Assembly (NCBI RefSeq): GCF_001017655.1
Contig: NZ_CP010904.1
Coordinates: 450,001 to 482,000 of the forward strand
From: Kiritimatiella glycovorans
Lineage (GTDB): Bacteria; Verrucomicrobiota; Kiritimatiellia; Kiritimatiellales; Kiritimatiellaceae
Length of the DNA stretch: 32,000 bases
Direction: 5' to 3'
In this document: positions 16,092 to 25,276 of the stretch, piece after piece
Layout of the letters: each line of letters opens with the position of its first letter
How positions within the stretch are numbered: position 1 is the first letter of the stretch
Notes under the pieces: generated by a model
Told to the model about the DNA's origin: nothing
Databases searched by the model: none
The model's input: only the letters and a program-made list of their open reading frames with translations
Program-made: the position numbers and the translations under genes

Positions 16092-17909
16092 ATGATCTTA
16101 CGAATGGCGATGGCATGGATGCTTGTGGCGACGGTGTGGGCTCAGGAGCCGAATGAACTCATCGTCAAACAGAGTGAGCGCGAGCGTCTCTATCTTATGA
16201 CGCTCGAGAAGATGCTCGACCTCGCCAAGCCCGTGCATCGCATCGATGCCGATGCCAGTCGCATCGGGCTGGACCTCAGGTCGGGGTCGGCGGGCTACCG
16301 CGGAGAAATTGAGCCCTTCTGGCGTATTCGCGCTCTGCCCGACCGTTGGCTCAATCCGCCCACGTGGGCCATCTCTTCCGACAAGCCCGTAATCGGCCTG
16401 CTGGAGGATTTCACCGGGCGCAACCTCAGCGAGCATCCGAAGACCGCCCTGCTCGACGAGGGCATTTCCTGCGTGCGCTTTCTGGGCGGATGGAAAAAAC
16501 CCTCCCGGCCGGGCGGGGAGTACGAGGAGGGCACGCCGATTGAATCGTACGACCTCGTCTATCGCGGCGATGACGGCGCTTTGAAGTATCGCTGGGAGCG
16601 CGTGCACGGACGGCTCGACCCGCTTGTCGAGAACGGACTGACGCCGCTGATCGTGCTCGACAACGTCCCCCACATGTTTGCGGAGGGCGAGGGGAATCCG
16701 GTCTACGGCCAGCACCTGGCACCGAACGATTTCGAGGCCTGGGGCACGTTTATCGAGGCCCTGTGCCGCGAACTGGCCGACCGCTACGGATTCGAGAAGG
16801 TCAATCAGTGGCGTTTCCGGGTCGGCACCGAGATGGACAACCCGAACCACTGGGAGGGCGGGGCCGAGGACAGCCTGGTCAAATACCTCAAGACCTACGA
16901 TCACGCCGCGGCGGCGGTGAAACGCGTGCTGCCCGGCGCGAAGATCGGCCCCTGCAACTTCAACAGTATGTTTGCCGGGCAGATCGATCGCAAAGTGCCG
17001 CCCATGGCGGTCTTCGAGCATTTTGCGCGCGGCACCAACTACGCCACGGGCGAAATCGGGTCTCCGGCCGATTTCGCCGCCGTCTCCAGCTACGGCATGT
17101 ACTGGATGGGCGGGGAGTTCGATCATCCGCTCGCCGCCGCGTACGGATATCATCCCGACACCCTCCGCCTGCATGCCGACCTGCTCAAGCGGCTGCGGGC
17201 CACTTCGCCCCGGTTCGCCGACATCCCCATCGAAGTCCACGAACACGGGACCCTGATGAATAAAAACAACACGGTTAGCTACGAACCGGGAGCCTTCGGC
17301 GCGGCGTGGACCGCGACGCAATATATCGTCGGGATCGAGGAGGGCTTCGCGCAGATCTTTCACTGGGCGGATCACGAGGGTTTCCGCGGGAACATCATCC
17401 TTTACGGTCACGCCTGGCTGCGGGCGGTCATGGAGCGGTTCGTGGGCGGCGAGGCATGGGTGCTGCCCGTGGCGAATGCGACCGAAGACGCCTTTATCGA
17501 CGCGCTGGCCGTGCGCCGGGACGGCCGGCTTTACCTGATGATCTCCGCCTACCGCGCGGAGCGGGAAGACCGCTCGCAGGAGACGGTGGAAATCCCGCTG
17601 CCGCGCAGGTATCGCGGGGCTGCGGTACGGCAGCTGCGGATGGATCACGAGACCTCGCCCTACGAACAGATGCTCCGCGATCTCAAAGCCGCGGGCGAGG
17701 CGAAGGCCGCAATCGGGGCCACCGGAATGATGGCCACGCCGGCCGGGCGTCAGATGCTGGCCGGACAGGCCGACCGCTACGTGGAGATGCAGCGCGACAG
17801 CTTCACCTGGAAGCCGTTTGAGGGGAATGTGCGGAACCGCTTCTGGCGCGGTCCCGTGCTGGAGACTCCCGTGGCGGTTCCCTCCGTCACGGTGCTGAGG
17901 ATCGAGTGA
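16092..17909 (+). CDS. Secreted GH39-like TIM-barrel glycoside hydrolase, paralogue 2
   Basis: The signal peptide is MILRMAMAWMLVATVWAQEP, and an AGAGGAGGA RBS is present. The conserved block is VRFLGGW...DLVYRGDDGALKYRWERVHGRLDP...LIVLDNVPHMF...YGQHLAPNDFEAWGTFIEALCRELADRYGFEKVNQWRFRVGTEMDNPNHW...YDHAAAAVKRVLPGAKIGP. This resembles the alpha-L-iduronidase/XynB region around W-N-E-P. The candidate nucleophile strand is IEVHEHG. Confidence 0.65.
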   Translation: MILRMAMAWMLVATVWAQEPNELIVKQSERERLYLMTLEKMLDLAKPVHRIDADASRIGLDLRSGSAGYRGEIEPFWRIRALPDRWLNPPTWAISSDKPVIGLLEDFTGRNLSEHPKTALLDEGISCVRFLGGWKKPSRPGGEYEEGTPIESYDLVYRGDDGALKYRWERVHGRLDPLVENGLTPLIVLDNVPHMFAEGEGNPVYGQHLAPNDFEAWGTFIEALCRELADRYGFEKVNQWRFRVGTEMDNPNHWEGGAEDSLVKYLKTYDHAAAAVKRVLPGAKIGPCNFNSMFAGQIDRKVPPMAVFEHFARGTNYATGEIGSPADFAAVSSYGMYWMGGEFDHPLAAAYGYHPDTLRLHADLLKRLRATSPRFADIPIEVHEHGTLMNKNNTVSYEPGAFGAAWTATQYIVGIEEGFAQIFHWADHEGFRGNIILYGHAWLRAVMERFVGGEAWVLPVANATEDAFIDALAVRRDGRLYLMISAYRAEREDRSQETVEIPLPRRYRGAAVRQLRMDHETSPYEQMLRDLKAAGEAKAAIGATGMMATPAGRQMLAGQADRYVEMQRDSFTWKPFEGNVRNRFWRGPVLETPVAVPSVTVLRIE

Positions 17910-17975
17910 GCTTTTAATGCCGGGATGCCGGTGTGTTGCAGAACCGGACGCACACAGCTTGATGGAGGGCGACCG

Positions 17976-20666
17976 TCAGCGAACCGGGAGTCGGACCCCG
18001 ATGCGGTAGAAACCGGAGCTCGGATCCGGCGGGCTCCACTCTATTTCCCCGGCGGGAGGGGTGAGGGTAAGATTGCTCGCCACCGCACTCCATACGCCGT
18101 CGACCTCGGCGGCGTGTTCAATCCGGTACCGGCGTCCGGTGATCGCCGGCCAGCGGACGGAGAGGGACCCGCCGGTTTGGCGTCGCGGGGAAAGGCGAAG
18201 CCGCGAGTACCGGTTCGTGGGGTCGGTTCCGGCGATATACTCCTTCCATGCCGCGAAGCGGTCGCCGTCGATATCCGCCGCATCGGCCGCGCGATAGCCG
18301 CGGACGCCGAGCCCGTGATCATCGAGCCAGGCGTGCGGTGTGCCATGGCCTGTGGTTTCGGGGCCGATGTAGAGGACGATGCACTCGGGAGGCGTCAGGG
18401 TCACACGCAGCCGTGTCATGCCGGCCTCCTCGATGAGGGTGCCGTCAAAGGGCGCGAGCGTCAGCGCGCGGCGGACGGCGTCATGGTACTCGGTCAGCCG
18501 GTCTCCCAGGAATTCCTTCGACGGGTCGAACATGTTGGTGCTCGTCATCCCGCCGATCGAACCGAGCTGTTCGGGGATTGCCGCGAAGTCGCCGTCGAGC
18601 AGTCCCTCGTCCTCGAGATCGCGGCGCATCAGCCAGTGCGGGGCGTTGGTCTGTCCATACCGAACCGCCAGGAAAGAAGTGTCGGTGCCGGATGGGATCA
18701 GCGCGTCGGGGACGAGGAGGTCGAAGGTTTCCGGCTCGTGGTGGAGGCGGTCCGGGTTGAACGCGGAGGCGTAGATCCAGAGCGCATTGGTGTGGGCGGA
18801 ACCGATCGCCTGAAGCTGCGTGGAGGGTTCTGCGGGGTCGGTGACGGTAAAGGAGTAGCCCTCGCCTCCGCGCGAGCGATCCAGCGTCGCCAGAAACCAG
18901 CCTGAGCTCGTGAGTACGGAATGAAGCCCGCGGGTCGTGCGAAAGCGGTCAAAGATTCCCCAGTGATAGTAGCGGTCGAGACCCCGTTCGCGAAGGCCGA
19001 GGATCGTCTGCATATGCCACGCGGCGCCGCGCGCGCCGGGCTCGCCGGTCGGAAGGCCGCTCTCGCATTTGAGGATGCCGAACTCGTGGATCTCGCGGGA
19101 GACGTCGCAGGTTTCCGGCAGGCGGTCTATCGTCGCGTCCCAGAAATCGGCGTCCTGATCGACTTGCGCCGCGGGGTTGTGCGGGTGCCCCGGTTGAGCG
19201 ACGTAGGAAGAGATGGCGATGAAATCGAACGGGCTTCCCGTTTCTCCCGTGGCGTAGCTGATCCCGCCTGCGCAGTGTTCGGCAAGCGCGAACATGTCGA
19301 CGTTGTTTGCGGAGGGATTGCTCTTGCCGCCCGCATTGTTGAACGGTCCGAACCCGGCGCCGGGCAGGACGCTCCGGATCGCGGCGGCGGAGTAGTCGTA
19401 GATCTTGAAATACTCCGTCTGGCTTCCGTCGAAGCGTTCACGGCTCTGGCATTCGGTGCCCTGCCGGAAGCGGAAGCCGTTGGCCGTCTCGAAGCCGTAA
19501 AGATCGACAAGTGCGACGCACATATTGGAGACGAACGTGCCCCATTCCGTAAAGTCGGCCGGGGCGCGGACCTGGCCGTAATGCTGGGTTACGGTGTTTT
19601 CGGGGAAGCACCAGGGGATGTTGTCCAGTACCAGCGTGAGGTTTGTGTATCCCGCATCGATGTAGGGGTCGAGCCGCGCCTCCAGTTTGTCCCACCGGTA
19701 CTGCAGTTCGCCCTCGCCGTTCCGGTACACCAGATCCGCGGCCGGTCCGTCGGGCTGTTCGGCCTTGTCGTCATCATGCCACCCTCCGATCAGGCGCACG
19801 ACCGTGCAGGCGTCGGCAAACGGGATCTCCTCGTCCGCCTCCGGGTCGCGCATGCGCGGGGCGAATGAGCTTCTTCGGATGCAGGCCGGGTAGGCCTCAA
19901 ACCCCTGGCCTCCCGTCAGCCATTCGCCGATCACCGGCTCGCCGCGCCAGAACGGGGTCCACGCGCCGATGTATTCCGGGTCGTTCGGATCGGTCGAGGG
20001 TTCGACGCGCAGGGTGAAGTTGGTCGAGCCCACCGCCGCGTTTTTGCGCGCCGTCGCCGTGACAAGGACTTCGATCGCGTTGCCCCCGACACAGGGCCCC
20101 GTGCGCGGGCGGTAGACCGTCCCCTCCGGGCTGATTACCGACGGCGCGGACGTCGTCCAGATCAATTCCGCGTTCTGCGCGACGTTGGTCGAGAAGGCGA
20201 CATCGCCGCGTACCGAGTCCGCGGAGTCACCGGGCGCATAGGTGATCTCCGTCTTCACCAGCGTCCGTTCCACCGACGCCGTGTCCGTGTCGTCCGTGCG
20301 GAAGAAGAAGGGATCGGACCACGCAACGCCGAGGGTGTTGCTCGCCCTTGCGCGGAAGACGTAGGGCGTGTCCGGTTCGAGATCGGTAACGAGATACTTG
20401 AAGGACCCTCCCGCGCTGTGGGTCAGCAGGAGGGTGTGCGTCCAGCCGGTCAGGGCGAGGCCGCCGTCCGCCGTGCCCCAGCAGAAGTGCAGATCCGCCG
20501 GATCTTCGGAGGTGAAGCTCGCGTCGAGCCAGCCGTAGAAATCGCGCATGCCGTGCATTCCGACCGAATCCATGATCGGGGCCTGCGCCCCGGCTCCCAG
20601 CGGAAGCAACACGATCAATGACGTCAGGCCAAGCCTGCAGCACCATCGTTTACACGCAGTTTCCAT
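17976..20666 (-). CDS. Secreted multidomain protein: FN3-like and Ig-like N-terminal domains, a GH39-like TIM barrel (paralogue 3) and a C-terminal TSP3-like/beta-sandwich module
   Basis: A signal peptide is present. The FN3-like segment is DLEPDTPYVFRARASN. The core is VRLIGGW...DLVYRNGEGELQYRWDKLEARLDP...LVLDNIPWCF...YGQVRAPADFTEWGTFVSNMCVALVDLYGFETANGFRFRQGTEC. The candidate nucleophile strand is REIHEFG. The C-terminus reads GTPHAWLDDHGL...DIDGDRFAAWKEYIAGTDPTN...GRRYRIEHA...GFYRIGVRL. Confidence 0.65.
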   Translation of the reverse strand: METACKRWCCRLGLTSLIVLLPLGAGAQAPIMDSVGMHGMRDFYGWLDASFTSEDPADLHFCWGTADGGLALTGWTHTLLLTHSAGGSFKYLVTDLEPDTPYVFRARASNTLGVAWSDPFFFRTDDTDTASVERTLVKTEITYAPGDSADSVRGDVAFSTNVAQNAELIWTTSAPSVISPEGTVYRPRTGPCVGGNAIEVLVTATARKNAAVGSTNFTLRVEPSTDPNDPEYIGAWTPFWRGEPVIGEWLTGGQGFEAYPACIRRSSFAPRMRDPEADEEIPFADACTVVRLIGGWHDDDKAEQPDGPAADLVYRNGEGELQYRWDKLEARLDPYIDAGYTNLTLVLDNIPWCFPENTVTQHYGQVRAPADFTEWGTFVSNMCVALVDLYGFETANGFRFRQGTECQSRERFDGSQTEYFKIYDYSAAAIRSVLPGAGFGPFNNAGGKSNPSANNVDMFALAEHCAGGISYATGETGSPFDFIAISSYVAQPGHPHNPAAQVDQDADFWDATIDRLPETCDVSREIHEFGILKCESGLPTGEPGARGAAWHMQTILGLRERGLDRYYHWGIFDRFRTTRGLHSVLTSSGWFLATLDRSRGGEGYSFTVTDPAEPSTQLQAIGSAHTNALWIYASAFNPDRLHHEPETFDLLVPDALIPSGTDTSFLAVRYGQTNAPHWLMRRDLEDEGLLDGDFAAIPEQLGSIGGMTSTNMFDPSKEFLGDRLTEYHDAVRRALTLAPFDGTLIEEAGMTRLRVTLTPPECIVLYIGPETTGHGTPHAWLDDHGLGVRGYRAADAADIDGDRFAAWKEYIAGTDPTNRYSRLRLSPRRQTGGSLSVRWPAITGRRYRIEHAAEVDGVWSAVASNLTLTPPAGEIEWSPPDPSSGFYRIGVRLPVR

Positions 20667-20789
20667 ATTCGCACCTCAACCTCTATGCTGCCACGCCCGC
20701 AGCCGGCGTTCGAGAAATTCCTTGGCACCCGCTTCATGCTGTGCTTGATTATTTCGATACCTTAAGCTGCGCATACCGGGAGGCGGTAC

Positions 20790-22235
20790 ATGGCGGATGA
20801 CCCTGCGGTGAAAAAAGGACACGCACACCACAAGACGGCGGACAAGGACCGCGTGGGGCTTGGCCGCAAGATCGCCTACGGTTTCGGCGGGCTGGCCGAG
20901 AACACCATGCACAACGCGGTCAACAACATGGCCAACCCGGTGTTCAATGTCGGCTTCGGGGTCGCACCCACCCTGCTCGGAATCGCCACCTTTATCTTCC
21001 GGCTGTGGGACGCCATGACCGACCCGTTCATGGGGGTCATCAGCGACCGCACCCGCACGCGCTGGGGACGCCGCCGGCCGTATATCGTCCTCGGCGCCGT
21101 GTTCTCCGGGCTCTTTTTCGCCATGATCTGGTGGTGCCCGCGCGATATGAGCGAGGCGGCGTATTTCGGCTGGTTCCTCGTCTCGGCTCTCCTGTTCTAC
21201 ACCGCCTTCACCGTGTTCGGCGTACCGTACCTGGGAATGGGCTACGAATTGAGCCCGGACTACCATGAGCGGACGCGGATCATGTCGTTCCGCACCTGGT
21301 TCGCGTCGGTCGGCGGATTCTGTATCCAGTGGCTGTTCTGGCTGACCCAGCGCGATATGTTCGACGACACCATCGAGGGGATGCGCTACGTGGGGCTTGG
21401 CGTGGGCCTGCTGCTTATCGTCACGGCGGCGGCCCCCGGCCTCTTCATCAAGGAACGTCCGATCTCCGAGGTGGAGGGGAAGAAAACCCGGGCGAGCCTC
21501 ACGTTCGGAAGCGTGATCTCGGTGTTCAGGGTCAAGCCGTTCCGGTACATCTTCGGCGCGCTGATCGCCGCGGTCGCCGGGATGTTCACCGTCATTATTC
21601 TCGGATTCTACATCAACGTCTATTACCTCTTCGACGGCGATCTCAAGGCGGCCTCGACGGTGATCGGGGTCAGCGGCTCGTTTTACCACATCTGCTGCCT
21701 GCTTTCCGTGCCGATGATCGCGGCCGTCGCCACACGGATCGGCAAGAAGGGGACGCTGCTGATCTTTATCGGCCTTGCCGTGATCGGCACCTTGCTCAAG
21801 TGGTATCTCTACCTGCCCGAAGCGCCGTATATGCAGCTCATCGTCGTGGCGCTCATGGCACCGGGGCTGTCGGCGGTATGGACGCTGCTCGCGGCGATGA
21901 ACGCGGACGTGACGGATGTCGACGAACTGGAGCGCGGCGTACGCCGCGAGGGATCGTTCGGTGCAATCTTCAACTGGACACTGAAGCTCGGCTTCGCCGT
22001 GTGTTTTCTGCTGGCGGGGATCATCCTCGAAGCCACGGGGTTCAACGAGCAGCTCGGCGGCAACCAGCCCGAAGGCACCATCACCGCCATTCGCGCACTG
22101 TACACGCTCGTGCCCGCGAGCGGCCTGGTGATTTCGATGGTGATTATCTGGTTCTATCCGATCGACGAGGACAAGGCGTACGAGACGCGCAACAAGCTTG
22201 AAGCGATCCGTGGCGAGCAGGAGGTCGAGGCTTAA
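20790..22235 (+). CDS. GPH-family (glycoside-pentoside-hexuronide:cation symporter) MFS transporter, copy 1
   Basis: The GPH signature is RLWDAMTDPFMGVISDRTRTRWGRRRPYI. About 12 hydrophobic helices are present. A GGGAGG RBS lies before ATG 20790. Confidence 0.85.
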   Translation: MADDPAVKKGHAHHKTADKDRVGLGRKIAYGFGGLAENTMHNAVNNMANPVFNVGFGVAPTLLGIATFIFRLWDAMTDPFMGVISDRTRTRWGRRRPYIVLGAVFSGLFFAMIWWCPRDMSEAAYFGWFLVSALLFYTAFTVFGVPYLGMGYELSPDYHERTRIMSFRTWFASVGGFCIQWLFWLTQRDMFDDTIEGMRYVGLGVGLLLIVTAAAPGLFIKERPISEVEGKKTRASLTFGSVISVFRVKPFRYIFGALIAAVAGMFTVIILGFYINVYYLFDGDLKAASTVIGVSGSFYHICCLLSVPMIAAVATRIGKKGTLLIFIGLAVIGTLLKWYLYLPEAPYMQLIVVALMAPGLSAVWTLLAAMNADVTDVDELERGVRREGSFGAIFNWTLKLGFAVCFLLAGIILEATGFNEQLGGNQPEGTITAIRALYTLVPASGLVISMVIIWFYPIDEDKAYETRNKLEAIRGEQEVEA

Positions 22236-22243
22236 TCTTGGCC

Positions 22244-23674
22244 ATGCACGGACATCGGCAAAAGCATCATAAGACGGCGGCCAGGGACCGTGTAGGCTTC
22301 GGCGGCAAGGTGGCGTACGGACTCGGCGGGCTGGCCGAGAACACGATGCACAACGCCGTCAATAACCTCGTCATGCCGATTTATAATATCGGCTTCGGCG
22401 TCTCTCCCGTCCTGCTGGGCATCGCGGCGAGCATTTTCCGCCTCTGGGATGCCATGACCGATCCGGTCATGGGGGTGATCAGCGACCGTACCCGTACGCG
22501 CTGGGGACGCCGCCGCCCGTATATCGTACTCGGCGCGATCTGCGCCGGGGTCCTGTTCGCGATCATCTGGTGGTGCCCGCGGGGCATGAGCGAAATCGCC
22601 TACTTCACCTGGTTCCTCGTCTCGGCGCTCCTGTTCTACACGGCGTTCACGGTCTTCGGCGTCCCCTACCTGGGACTCGGGTACGAGTTGAGTCCCGACT
22701 ACCACGAACGCACACGGGTGATGTCGTTCCGCACCTGGTTCGCGTCGATCGGCGGCATCCTGATGCAGTGGCTGTTCTGGATGACCCAGCGGCCGGTGTT
22801 CGACGACACGATCGAGGGCATCCGCACGGTGGCCATCGGCGTGGGCGTGGTTCTGATTATCACGGGAATAGCTCCGGGCCTCTTTCTGCGTGAGCGACCG
22901 ATCCCGGCCGCGGAAGAGCGGAACACGCGCAGCCGGATCAACCTGGCCAGTATCGCCTCCGTCTTCAAGGTCAAGCCCTTCCTCTATATCTTCGGGGCCC
23001 TCATCTCCACGGTGACGGGGATGTTTATGGTGGGCATGCTGGGATTCTATATCATCGTTTACTATCTCTTCGCCGGCGACCTGGGTGCGGCCTCCTTCGT
23101 CGTCGGCGTCAGCGGCTCCACGTATCACGTCTGCTGCCTGCTCTCGGTCCCGCTCATCTCCTGGACCTCGTCGCGGATCGGTAAAAAGGGTGCCCTCCTC
23201 ATCTTTATCGGCCTCGCCGTGGTCGCGACCCTCCTGAAGCTCGTGCTCTACACACCGGAGAACCCGTACCTGCACCTGATCGTCATCGGGATGATGGCGC
23301 CGGGGCTGTCGGCGGTATGGACGCTGCTCGCGGCGATGAATGCGGACGTGACGGACGTGGACGAGCTGGAGCGCGGCGTGCGTCGCGAGGGGTCGTTCGG
23401 CGCGATCTTCAACTGGACGATGAAGCTGGGATTCGCCGTGTGTTTTCTGATCGCGGGGCTGATCCTGGAGGCGACGGGGTTCGACGAGGCCCTCGGCGGT
23501 GACCAGGCGGAGCACACGCTGCTGGCGATGCGCATCCTCTTCTCGCTCGTGCCCGCCGCCGGCCTGCTGATCTCGATGGTCCTGATCGCCCTCTATCCGA
23601 TCAATGAAGAGAAGGCCTATGAAGTGCGGGCGAAACTCGAAGCGATTCGCGGAGAGCAGGAGGCGGCCACATAA
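22244..23674 (+). CDS. GPH-family MFS transporter, copy 2 (tandem paralogue)
   Basis: The same signature is present (RLWDAMTDPVMGVISDRTRTRWGRRRPYI). By eye it is about three-quarters identical to copy 1 across the full length. It starts 9 nt after the copy-1 stop, and an alternative TTG start lies at 22238. Confidence 0.85.
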   Translation: MHGHRQKHHKTAARDRVGFGGKVAYGLGGLAENTMHNAVNNLVMPIYNIGFGVSPVLLGIAASIFRLWDAMTDPVMGVISDRTRTRWGRRRPYIVLGAICAGVLFAIIWWCPRGMSEIAYFTWFLVSALLFYTAFTVFGVPYLGLGYELSPDYHERTRVMSFRTWFASIGGILMQWLFWMTQRPVFDDTIEGIRTVAIGVGVVLIITGIAPGLFLRERPIPAAEERNTRSRINLASIASVFKVKPFLYIFGALISTVTGMFMVGMLGFYIIVYYLFAGDLGAASFVVGVSGSTYHVCCLLSVPLISWTSSRIGKKGALLIFIGLAVVATLLKLVLYTPENPYLHLIVIGMMAPGLSAVWTLLAAMNADVTDVDELERGVRREGSFGAIFNWTMKLGFAVCFLIAGLILEATGFDEALGGDQAEHTLLAMRILFSLVPAAGLLISMVLIALYPINEEKAYEVRAKLEAIRGEQEAAT

Positions 23675-23749
23675 GCAGACGGGCCGCCGCCATTGCGCGC
23701 AGGGGCGAAGGGCTGCGTTTTTGAGCCAAACCGGAAAAAAGGAGGGACC

Positions 23750-25237
23750 ATGAATCGTGCTGATTTTCTGAGCCTGTCGGCGATGACCGGGGCCGCGGCG
23801 GTGCTGCGGCCGGGGATGATGAACGGCGCAACGGGCTTTCGAAACGTCCTTATCTTTACGGTGGACGACATGGATTACATGTCGCCGAATTTCGCCGGCT
23901 TTCCCGTCAAGGACGGGCTTACGCCGAATATGGACCGGCTCGCAAGCGAGGCGCTCTACTTTTCCCGCGCCCACGTGAGCTGTGCGGTCTGTCAGCCGGC
24001 GCGGCAGTCGACCATGACAGGCAAGCACCCGCACGTGAACGGATCGATGGGATTCGTGTCGGTGCCGGAAGGTGTCCCCAGTCTCCCGGAAATTCTGATG
24101 CGGCACGGCTGGTTCACGGGTTCGACTAACAAGGGCCGCGATTACAGGTCGTTCGAGTGGTCCCACTTCATTCCGGGTCACGGCGGTCGCGGATTCGGCC
24201 GCGTACCGGAAATGCTGGCCGGTGACGTGAAGACGTTCATCGGGGAGGCGCGCAAAGAGGAGAAACCTTTCTTTATCGGCGTGCACACCGGCGATCCGCA
24301 CCGCGGATTCCCGGGCAGCGAGCAGTCGAAACAGAAGGTGCAGAAGGTGAAGGAGGATTTTCCGCAGGCGAAGGACCGGATTTTCGCGGCGGATTACGAC
24401 GACGTCTGCAGTCCGTCCGAGGCCTGGATACCCCCGTACCTCCCCCAGCTTCCCGCGATCCGCAGGGAGATGGCACAGTACTATAACGGCGTTCATCGTG
24501 CGGACCAGTCGCTGGGCGCCGTGTTGAAAACACTGGAGGCCGAAGGCGTGCTGGAGGAGACCCTCGTGGTCTTCTACAGCGATAACGGGGCTTCGTTCCC
24601 CACGTCCAAACAGAACTGCTACCCGTACTCGACCCGGACGCCGCTGCTGCTGCGCTTTCCGGGCGCGAAGGGCGGGGGGCGCGTCGACCGCGACCATTTC
24701 GTGAGCACCATGGACGTGATGCCCACGATCCTGGATATCCAGGGGCTGCCCGCGCCGAAGGATATCAACGGCCGCTCGCTCGTGCCGCTGTTCAGGGGCC
24801 GTCCGCAAAAGGGCCGCGATCACATCTTCACCACCTACAACTACGTCAAACCCGGCGTGCAGGTGTGCCCGAAACGCGCCATCCATACAAAGAAATACTC
24901 ATATATCTTCAACCCGTGGCCGGACGGCGAGACGGAGACGCGCGGGGAGCGGCAGAGCGGTTTGACGTTTGCCGCCATGCAGGCGGCGGCGGAGACGGAC
25001 GAAGATCTGGCCGAACGGGTGGACTTTATCCTGCACCGGACGCGCGAAGAACTCTACGACCGGGAAAAGGATCCCTGGTGCCTGAACAACGTGATCGACG
25101 ACCCGGACTACGCCCGGGCGAAGAAAAACATGAAGGCGCTGATGGAACGCGAGATGCGCACAACCGGCGACCCGCTCCTGAGCGCGTTTCTCGAAGGAGG
25201 ATCGTTCCCGGCGGAATGGTCGGAGTTCAAGGGATGA
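23750..25237 (+). CDS. S1-family sulfatase, N-sulfoglucosamine sulfohydrolase (SGSH)-like
   Basis: An AGGAGGG RBS is present. The N-terminus MNRADFLSLSAMTGAAAVLRPG looks like a Tat signal but has a single Arg. LIFTVDDMDY is present. The formylglycine motif is CAVCQPARQSTMTGKHPH. The SGSH-like blocks GDPHRGF, PPYLPQLPAIRREMAQYY, VVFYSDNGASFP and ELYDREKDPWCLNNVIDDP are present. Confidence 0.85.
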   Translation: MNRADFLSLSAMTGAAAVLRPGMMNGATGFRNVLIFTVDDMDYMSPNFAGFPVKDGLTPNMDRLASEALYFSRAHVSCAVCQPARQSTMTGKHPHVNGSMGFVSVPEGVPSLPEILMRHGWFTGSTNKGRDYRSFEWSHFIPGHGGRGFGRVPEMLAGDVKTFIGEARKEEKPFFIGVHTGDPHRGFPGSEQSKQKVQKVKEDFPQAKDRIFAADYDDVCSPSEAWIPPYLPQLPAIRREMAQYYNGVHRADQSLGAVLKTLEAEGVLEETLVVFYSDNGASFPTSKQNCYPYSTRTPLLLRFPGAKGGGRVDRDHFVSTMDVMPTILDIQGLPAPKDINGRSLVPLFRGRPQKGRDHIFTTYNYVKPGVQVCPKRAIHTKKYSYIFNPWPDGETETRGERQSGLTFAAMQAAAETDEDLAERVDFILHRTREELYDREKDPWCLNNVIDDPDYARAKKNMKALMEREMRTTGDPLLSAFLEGGSFPAEWSEFKG

Positions 25238-25276
25238 GCCCGGGGAGGATCCTTCATTCAGCCGATCCCTCCATCT

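Noticed and set aside
20723-20740. TGGCAC in the divergent promoter region upstream of the first GPH transporter, which could be a sigma54 -24 element.
   Set aside because: The GG-N10-GC spacing is not met. The nearest GC is 12 nt after the GG, and the -12 TTGC[AT] element is absent (TTCATGC instead). No enhancer-binding-protein gene is nearby.
23698-23722. Possible weak intrinsic terminator CGCAG-N10-CTGCG followed by TTTTT, between GPH copy 2 and the SGSH-like sulfatase.
   Set aside because: The stem is only 5 bp and the loop is large. It may attenuate transcription, but it is too weak to call as a feature.
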